A stretch of DNA of 64,000 bases from Candidatus Omnitrophota bacterium (GTDB lineage Bacteria; Omnitrophota; Gorgyraeia; B26-G9). The stretch lies in contig JAHITY010000128.1 in the NCBI GenBank assembly GCA_018817165.1, forward strand, positions 5,161 to 69,160, read 5' to 3'. Positions 57,768 through 64,000 of the stretch are shown here, in pieces. Within the stretch, counting starts at the first letter, position 1. Each line of letters opens with the position of its first letter. A model generated the notes under the pieces. The model had not been told where the DNA came from, did not search any database, and saw only the letters and a program-made list of their open reading frames with translations. The position numbers were made by a program, and so were the translations under genes.

Positions 57768-59021
57768 ATGGAGAAGATTATAACTGTTACTGTAAATATT
57801 ACTGATAAGAAACATATTGTTGATGATTGGTCTTTAGAACAATCAGCGCAGGAGCTTGCACTTTTAATTGGTACGGTAAAAGGGGAAGTTGTTGGGCAAA
57901 TGCTTGCTAATCGAAAAAGTCCAACACCGTTTTCCTATTTAGGTAAAGGCAAGGTTGAAGAACTAGCGGAATTGGTTAAGGAATCTAATGCGCAAACCAT
58001 TGTTTTTAATAATGATTTAACTCCTACCCAGCAGCATAATCTTGAACAAATAATCGGGATTAAAGTAATTGATCGTACCCAATTAATTCTGGATATATTT
58101 GCGCGGCACGCAAGAAGCAGTGAGGGAAAGGTTCAAGTGGAGCTTGCTCAGCTGCAATATCTTCTGCCCCGTTTGTCCGGGAAAGGGGTTGTTTTGTCAA
58201 GATTGGGCGGGGGTATCGGGACTCGCGGTCCAGGTGAACAAAAGCTTGAAATTGACAGACGCCGGATTCGGACTAAGATCGATCGACTAAAAAAAGAGAT
58301 TAAAATCCTGAGTCAAAGGCGTTTACAGTTAAGAAAAAGACGACTGGATAATTCTTTGGCAACAGTGGCTTTGGTTGGATACACTAATGCGGGTAAATCA
58401 ACATTGCTAAACGCCTTAGCTGGCGCAAGTGTAAAAATGAAAAATGAAATGTTCAGCACTCTTGATCCAGTGACCAAACAAGTGGCTTTGCCTGGATGTA
58501 AATTGAAAATTCTTTTATCTGATACAGTTGGATTTTTGCATAAACTGCCGCATGATTTAATTGAAGCCTTTCAGGCAACGCTTGAAGCAGTAAAAGACGC
58601 GCAGTTAATAGTTATAGTTTTGGATGTTTCGGATGAGCTTGTTTATCAGCATAATGATGCTATTTGGGAAGTTTTAAGCGGGCTACAAGTTCACGACACT
58701 CCGGTTATCTATGCTTTCAATAAAACTGATCGTTTGGATGATCGCAGCATTATTGAGCGCCTAAAAAGAAAATTTAATCCCTGCGTAGCTGTATCAGCCA
58801 AAAACAATCTGAATATGGATAAGCTTTTAAAAGTTATTGAGGATTTATTGTTCAGCGAGTCTACGATCAGTGAATTCCATATTAAGCATGATCAAATGAA
58901 TATATTGAATGCTATTTACGAGCAAGGTAAGGTGCTTAGTTTTGAGCATTTGCCTGATGGTATTTCTCTGAAAGTAAGGCTGCCCGTGCAAATAGCAAAA
59001 AAGCTCTTGACAGAAATTTAA
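57768..59021 (+). CDS. hflX: ribosome-splitting GTPase HflX
   Basis: IDRTQLILDIFA, GTRGPGE, GYTNAGKST, DTVGF, NKTD. Confidence 0.96.
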   Translation: MEKIITVTVNITDKKHIVDDWSLEQSAQELALLIGTVKGEVVGQMLANRKSPTPFSYLGKGKVEELAELVKESNAQTIVFNNDLTPTQQHNLEQIIGIKVIDRTQLILDIFARHARSSEGKVQVELAQLQYLLPRLSGKGVVLSRLGGGIGTRGPGEQKLEIDRRRIRTKIDRLKKEIKILSQRRLQLRKRRLDNSLATVALVGYTNAGKSTLLNALAGASVKMKNEMFSTLDPVTKQVALPGCKLKILLSDTVGFLHKLPHDLIEAFQATLEAVKDAQLIVIVLDVSDELVYQHNDAIWEVLSGLQVHDTPVIYAFNKTDRLDDRSIIERLKRKFNPCVAVSAKNNLNMDKLLKVIEDLLFSESTISEFHIKHDQMNILNAIYEQGKVLSFEHLPDGISLKVRLPVQIAKKLLTEI

Positions 59022-59037
59022 GCTTTATGTTAATATA

Positions 59038-59064
59038 TTAGCACTCCCACATAGAGAGTGCTAA
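59038..59064. promoter_or_regulatory. CIRCE operator
   Basis: Perfect TTAGCACTC-N9-GAGTGCTAA, downstream of TTGACA (59007). Confidence 0.97.
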
Positions 59065-59076
59065 AACGGAGAAGAT

Positions 59077-60129
59077 TTGAAAGTAGATGTAGAGCAGAGA
59101 AGAGAAACAATCTTAAGGATTGTAATTAATAACTATATTTCTACAGGTAGTCCTGTTAGTTCAAGAACTATATGTAATAAATATAAGATAGCTTTGTGTC
59201 CGGCTTCAGTGAGAAATGTATTAGCTGATTTAGAAGAGCAGGGAATGATAACTCATTTACACACATCAGCGGGCAGAATTCCCACGGATAAAGGCTATCG
59301 TTATTATGTTGACCGGCTGATTAAGTATTCTGGGCTTACGCCTCAGGAGCAAGGATTTATTAATAATGAGTATTTAAGTAAGCATATTGCTCTAGAAGAA
59401 GTAATGAGTAAGACATCTAAGTTATTATCGAGCATGACAAGCTATGCGGCAGTGGTGTCGCAGCCGGAAATCAATAGAACGGCTTTTAAACATATACAAT
59501 TTACTTTGTTGGATTCTAAAAAAGTTTGCGTGACTTTAATTGCCAATACGGGCATGACCAAAAGCACGGTAGTGCAGTTTGATTCACAAATTGATAAACA
59601 ACAGCTTGTGAGAATTCAGAATTTTATGAATGAGCAGCTGGAAGATGTTCCATTATCTCACGTAAAAACTAAATTGCGGAGGATGATGATCCAGCAAAGA
59701 GATTCTTTTTTTCAGGTTTTGCAGCAAGCTATTGATCTGGTTGATTTAAGTTCAATTATTGATGAAAGTAAGCGTTTTTATCTTGAAGGAATAAGTAATA
59801 TTCTTGATTTTCCTGATTTTGAAGATTCGGGGATGATTCGTTCTTTAATTAGAGTTTTAGATCAAAAAATCAGACTGGCGGATATGCTTAATGATATTAT
59901 AAGCGAGACTGATAGTGCAAAAAAAATAAGGGTTTTCATTGGGCAGGAAAATCCTTATGACATGGGAAATAATTGTACAATAATTATGAGCAGCTATGCG
60001 CTTGATGATAAAACCGTTGGCGGCTTGGGGATTATTGGCCCAAAACGTATGGATTATGGAAAAGCAATTGCCCTTGTCCGTTATGTTTCTGAGATGCTTA
60101 GCGAAGCTTTAAACCGATATAGTCTTTAA
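59077..60129 (+). CDS. hrcA: heat-inducible transcription repressor
   Basis: YISTGSPVSS, HTSAGRIPTDKGYRYYVD, IGPKRMDY. Confidence 0.96.
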   Translation: MKVDVEQRRETILRIVINNYISTGSPVSSRTICNKYKIALCPASVRNVLADLEEQGMITHLHTSAGRIPTDKGYRYYVDRLIKYSGLTPQEQGFINNEYLSKHIALEEVMSKTSKLLSSMTSYAAVVSQPEINRTAFKHIQFTLLDSKKVCVTLIANTGMTKSTVVQFDSQIDKQQLVRIQNFMNEQLEDVPLSHVKTKLRRMMIQQRDSFFQVLQQAIDLVDLSSIIDESKRFYLEGISNILDFPDFEDSGMIRSLIRVLDQKIRLADMLNDIISETDSAKKIRVFIGQENPYDMGNNCTIIMSSYALDDKTVGGLGIIGPKRMDYGKAIALVRYVSEMLSEALNRYSL

Positions 60130-60142
60130 GGAAAATTTTATT

Positions 60143-60730
60143 ATGAATAAAAAGAATAAGAATGAAATCAATGAGGAACTTGATCAGGAAGAAGGTGTAG
60201 CTAATGATCAGGAAAAAAATAATGATGAAAATGCGGAAGAACAAATAATCTCAATTCCTAAATCTGAATATGATCAATTGCTGCTTAGTCGTGACAATGC
60301 GGCTAAAGCTTTGGAGAAAATGCTTCGGATCCAGGCGGATTTTGAAAATTCAAGAAAACGTCTTGAGCGGGATAAGATTGATTTTATCAAATACGCGAAT
60401 GATCAAATAATCAGTCAATTGATTCCCTTTGTTGACGATTTTAAACGGGCTTTTGCTTCTGCGGATCAAACAAAGGACTTTAATGTTTTGCATAAAGGCG
60501 TTGAAATGATATTAAAGCATTTGCTTGATTTATTAAAAGAAAAAGGGGTCGTTGAAATCGAATCAGTGGGAAAAATGTTTGATCCGGCATTTCATGAAGC
60601 AATGCTGCAGGTTGAAACAGATGAGCATCCAGAGAACACAGTAGTCGAGGAGTTTCAAAAGGGATATCTTTTAAATGATCGGGTTTTAAGAGTGGCAAAA
60701 GTTAAAGTTGCTAAAGCTAAAGAAGAATAA
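60143..60730 (+). CDS. grpE: nucleotide exchange factor GrpE
   Basis: ADFENSRKR, FDPAFHEAM, QKGYLLNDRVLR. Confidence 0.96.
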   Translation: MNKKNKNEINEELDQEEGVANDQEKNNDENAEEQIISIPKSEYDQLLLSRDNAAKALEKMLRIQADFENSRKRLERDKIDFIKYANDQIISQLIPFVDDFKRAFASADQTKDFNVLHKGVEMILKHLLDLLKEKGVVEIESVGKMFDPAFHEAMLQVETDEHPENTVVEEFQKGYLLNDRVLRVAKVKVAKAKEE

Positions 60731-60777
60731 CAAGAACATAATCACAATTAAACTATAAAAATAGGGAGGTAGAAAAA

Positions 60778-62661
60778 ATGGCAAAAGTAATTGGAATCGA
60801 TTTGGGGACATCTAATTCAGCGGCATCGATATTAGAAGGCGGAAGACCAGTGATAATTCCTTCAGCAGAAGGAACAACCGTTGGTGGGGGGAAGGCTTTT
60901 CCATCTATTGTAGCTTTTACAAAAGATGGACAAAGATTAGTCGGCGAGCCGGCGCGTCGTCAGGCTTCGATAAATGCCCAAGGAACCATTCAGGCAGCTA
61001 AAAGAAAAATGGGACTTGATTACCACTTTGAAGCTTATGGCAATAAATATACTCCCCAGCAGATATCAGCTTTTATTCTGCAGAAAATCAAAGAAGACGC
61101 GGAAGCTTATCTGGGCGACAAAGTTGAAGAAGTAGTTATTACTTGTCCCGCGTATTTTGATGACAATCAAAGGCAAGCAACCAAAGATGCCGGGCAGATC
61201 GCTGGCTTAAAAGTACTGCGAATCATAAATGAGCCCACAGCAGCTTGTTTGGCTTATGGATTGGAAAAAGCAGGCAAAGAACAGAAAATTCTGGTTTTTG
61301 ACTTGGGTGGCGGGACTCTTGACGTAACAATTATGGAAATGGCAGATGGAGTATTTGAAGTGAAATCTACACATGGTGATACACATCTTGGCGGTACTGA
61401 TATGGATAATGTATTGATTGAATACATTGCTGAGCAGTTTAAGAAAGAAAGCGGTATTGATCTGCGTAGTGATAAAATGGCTGTACAGAGATTGAGAGAA
61501 GGCGCGGAAAAAGCAAAGATTGAACTTTCCGGAGCCCTTTCCACAGATATCAATCTGCCGTTTATTACCGCGGACGCGACTGGTCCAAAACATTTAACTC
61601 TGAATATAAGCCGAGCTAAATTAGAAGACCTGATCAATCCGATTGTAGAACGTTGTCGCGGTCCGATTGAAAAAGCAATTGCTGATTCTAAAATTCCGGT
61701 TAATCAGATTGATAAAATAATCATGGTTGGCGGTCCTACCCGGATGCCGATAGTTCAGAAATTTGTCGAAAGCGTTATTGGGACAAAAATTGAAGGCGGA
61801 GTTGATCCCATGGAATGCGTTGCAATGGGAGCAGCTATTCAGGCGGGAATTATCAAAGGCGACGTAAAAGATATCCTGTTGCTTGATGTTACTCCTTTAT
61901 CATTAGGGATTGAAACATTGGGCAGTGTAAGCACAAAATTAATTGAGCGAAATACAACAATTCCTACTAAAAAGAGCCAAATCTTCTCAACTGCGGCTGA
62001 TAATCAAACAGAAGTAACAATCAGAGTATTGCAGGGTGAACGTCAGATGGCTAATGATAACGTTGAACTTGGCCGGTTTAATCTAGTTGGGATACCGCCA
62101 GCAGCTCGAGGAATTCCGCAAATAGAAGTTGCTTTTGATATTGACGCGAATGGTTTGGTGCATGTGGCGGCTAAGGACCTGGGAACCGGTAAAGAACAGT
62201 CAATAAAAATAACCGCACCGAAAAAACTCTCGGAAGAAGAGATTGCTAAAATGGTAAAAGACGCGGAAGTTTTTGCTGAGGCTGACAAAAAGAAAAAAGA
62301 AGAAGTAGAAACTCGTAACCAAGCAGAAACTCTGGTTTATAGCACAGAAAAATCGCTAAAAGATTTTGGCGATAAAGTAAAAAAAGAAGATAAAGAGAAT
62401 ATCGAGAAGAAATTAGCTGAGCTTAAAGAAGCATCAAAAGGAACAGACATCGAAAAAATTAAAACAGGTATAGAAGAAGTTTCAAAAGTGGCGCACTCCT
62501 TAGCTGAAGAAGTATACAAAGCTCAGGCAGCTCAGCAGCAGGCGCAAGCTGGCGCTCAGGCTGCTGGCGGACAGGCACAGCCGGAAGATAGCGCATCCGA
62601 TCAGAAATCCAAAGAAGATGTAGTGGATGCTGAGTACAAAGTAGAAGACGAGAAGAAATAA
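60778..62661 (+). CDS. dnaK: chaperone DnaK
   Basis: [35 protein letters not shown]. Confidence 0.98.
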   Translation: MAKVIGIDLGTSNSAASILEGGRPVIIPSAEGTTVGGGKAFPSIVAFTKDGQRLVGEPARRQASINAQGTIQAAKRKMGLDYHFEAYGNKYTPQQISAFILQKIKEDAEAYLGDKVEEVVITCPAYFDDNQRQATKDAGQIAGLKVLRIINEPTAACLAYGLEKAGKEQKILVFDLGGGTLDVTIMEMADGVFEVKSTHGDTHLGGTDMDNVLIEYIAEQFKKESGIDLRSDKMAVQRLREGAEKAKIELSGALSTDINLPFITADATGPKHLTLNISRAKLEDLINPIVERCRGPIEKAIADSKIPVNQIDKIIMVGGPTRMPIVQKFVESVIGTKIEGGVDPMECVAMGAAIQAGIIKGDVKDILLLDVTPLSLGIETLGSVSTKLIERNTTIPTKKSQIFSTAADNQTEVTIRVLQGERQMANDNVELGRFNLVGIPPAARGIPQIEVAFDIDANGLVHVAAKDLGTGKEQSIKITAPKKLSEEEIAKMVKDAEVFAEADKKKKEEVETRNQAETLVYSTEKSLKDFGDKVKKEDKENIEKKLAELKEASKGTDIEKIKTGIEEVSKVAHSLAEEVYKAQAAQQQAQAGAQAAGGQAQPEDSASDQKSKEDVVDAEYKVEDEKK

Positions 62662-62671
62662 ATTAACCAAG

Positions 62672-62729
62672 AGACAGTAGCTAATCCGGCAGGTATGTAA
62701 TGTATCGCTGATTAGCTACTGTCTGTTTT
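62672..62729 (+). terminator. hairpin/terminator between dnaK and dnaJ
   Basis: agacagtagctaatc...gattagctactgtct-gtttt. Confidence 0.6.
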
Positions 62730-62758
62730 ATGCTTATTAATATTGTTAGGACAAAAAA

Positions 62759-63898
62759 ATGACTAATCGCGATTATTATGAAATATTAGGGGTCAGCAAA
62801 GGCTCGGAAGTTGGGGAAATTAAAAAAAGTTATCGAAAACTGGCAATGAAATATCATCCAGACCGGGCTGAGCCTGAAAAACGTAAAGAGTCTGAAGAAA
62901 AATTTAAAGAAATATCAGAAGCCTATGCAGTGCTGTCTGATGATAATAAGCGCGCTCAATATGATCGTTTTGGTCATGCGGGAATAAACAATCAATACAG
63001 CTCAGAAGATATATTTAGAGGCGCTGATTTTGGTTCTATTTTCGAGGAAATGGGTTTTGGCGGAGGAATCTTCGACGAACTGTTTTCCGGCGGTAGAGGC
63101 GGCAGCCGGCGTTCACATAGAGGTCCGAGCCGCGGTGCTGACCTGGAATATCAATTAGAGATTAGTTTTGAAGAAGCTGCTTTGGGAATAGAAAAAACAA
63201 TCTCAATCAGACGCGGCGAAGCCTGCGATGAATGCAAAGGCGAAGGCGCTGCTCCAGGGACAAAAAAAATTACTTGTCCTGCTTGTAAAGGCAGCGGACA
63301 AATTGGCCAGTCAGCGGGATTTTTCACAATCGCTAGAACCTGTGACAGCTGTCGGGGCCAAGGTCAGATCATAACCAAGCCTTGTAATAAATGTCAAGGC
63401 CGAGGCAAAATTTCTATAGATCGAAAAATAAATGTTAAAATCCCGGCAGGAGTAGATAATGGTTCACATTTACGGGTACGTTCCGAAGGTGAGGCTGGAG
63501 ATAAAAATGGGCCAAATGGTGATTTATATATTTTAATCCGCCTTAAAAAGCATAAAACATTCGAGCGGAGTAATGCCGATATTTATTGCACTGTTCCAAT
63601 TAGTTTTGTTGGCGCTGTATTAGGAACTGAAATTGAAGTGCCTACGCTTTATGAATCTAAAATTAAAATGAAGATTCCCGGGGGAACTCCTAGTGAAAAG
63701 ATATTTCGAGTTTCCGGCAAGGGGTTTGCTGATCTTCGCGGTCATGGTAAAGGTGATCAATTTGTAAAAGTCAGAGTTCTGGTTCCGACAAATCTTAATC
63801 CAAGCCAGAAAAAAGCTTTACTGGAATATGCTAAGCTTACAGGAGAAGATGTCTCAAACGAATCGATAGCTCAAAAAATTAAAAAAGCATTTAAGTAA
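62759..63898 (+). CDS. dnaJ: chaperone DnaJ
   Basis: DYYEILGV, HPD, G/F-rich region, four CxxCxGxG repeats. Confidence 0.98.
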   Translation: MTNRDYYEILGVSKGSEVGEIKKSYRKLAMKYHPDRAEPEKRKESEEKFKEISEAYAVLSDDNKRAQYDRFGHAGINNQYSSEDIFRGADFGSIFEEMGFGGGIFDELFSGGRGGSRRSHRGPSRGADLEYQLEISFEEAALGIEKTISIRRGEACDECKGEGAAPGTKKITCPACKGSGQIGQSAGFFTIARTCDSCRGQGQIITKPCNKCQGRGKISIDRKINVKIPAGVDNGSHLRVRSEGEAGDKNGPNGDLYILIRLKKHKTFERSNADIYCTVPISFVGAVLGTEIEVPTLYESKIKMKIPGGTPSEKIFRVSGKGFADLRGHGKGDQFVKVRVLVPTNLNPSQKKALLEYAKLTGEDVSNESIAQKIKKAFK

Positions 63899-63929
63899 AA
63901 GCGAAATTGATTGAGAAAGGATGATTTAA

Positions 63930-64000
63930 TTGCCTACATATGATTATGAATGTTTATCTTGCGGTTATCTGTTTGAGCTGTTTCAGCAAATGAGTGAAAA
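63930..64000 (+). CDS. FmdB-family zinc ribbon protein (partial, runs off the window)
   Basis: TTG start after aagga; MPTYDYECLSCGYLFELFQQMSE. Confidence 0.8.
   Translation, partial: MPTYDYECLSCGYLFELFQQMSE

Overview
AT-rich bacterial chromosomal window, almost all genes on the + strand. Gene content is consistent with a diderm anaerobe, possibly Omnitrophota/PVC-like (inference only). Bases 1-15.7 kb are a nitrogen-assimilation island: a small sigma70/ECF-like sigma factor, a non-canonical PII, amtB-glnK twice, an unannotated XRE/Cro HTH gene, glutamine synthetase type III, a class I GATase, a stand-alone Fis/NtrC-type HTH protein and gltBD. Its intergenic DNA shows a layered regulatory grammar: (i) a bipartite motif GTTACC-N16-TACTT, three times with identical spacing, probably the promoter of the local sigma factor; (ii) ANTAR-type twin hexaloop hairpins overlapping terminators in front of the sigma gene, the PII gene, HTH-amtB2 and glnA, with a GAF-ANTAR protein encoded at the end of a carA-carB-purF-pyrG cluster; (iii) a 17-bp Fis/NtrC-like palindrome TGCYYAAAAATKARGCA at glnA, fis-gltBD and carA; (iv) a modular, covarying hairpin repeat family, seen only in this island and usually abutting ribosome-binding sites. 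The rest is mostly housekeeping and accessory: PIN-PhoH, a pilin triplet, thiM/thiE, HD-GYP, uppP, glgC, phasins with an ABC1 kinase, Na/Pi transporter, mgtE, rlmB, three tRNAs, GH57, malQ, hflX and CIRCE-hrcA-grpE-dnaK-dnaJ. There is also an unannotated histone-H1-like 45-aa ORF behind NrdR-like boxes. All calls were made by eye, with no database searches.
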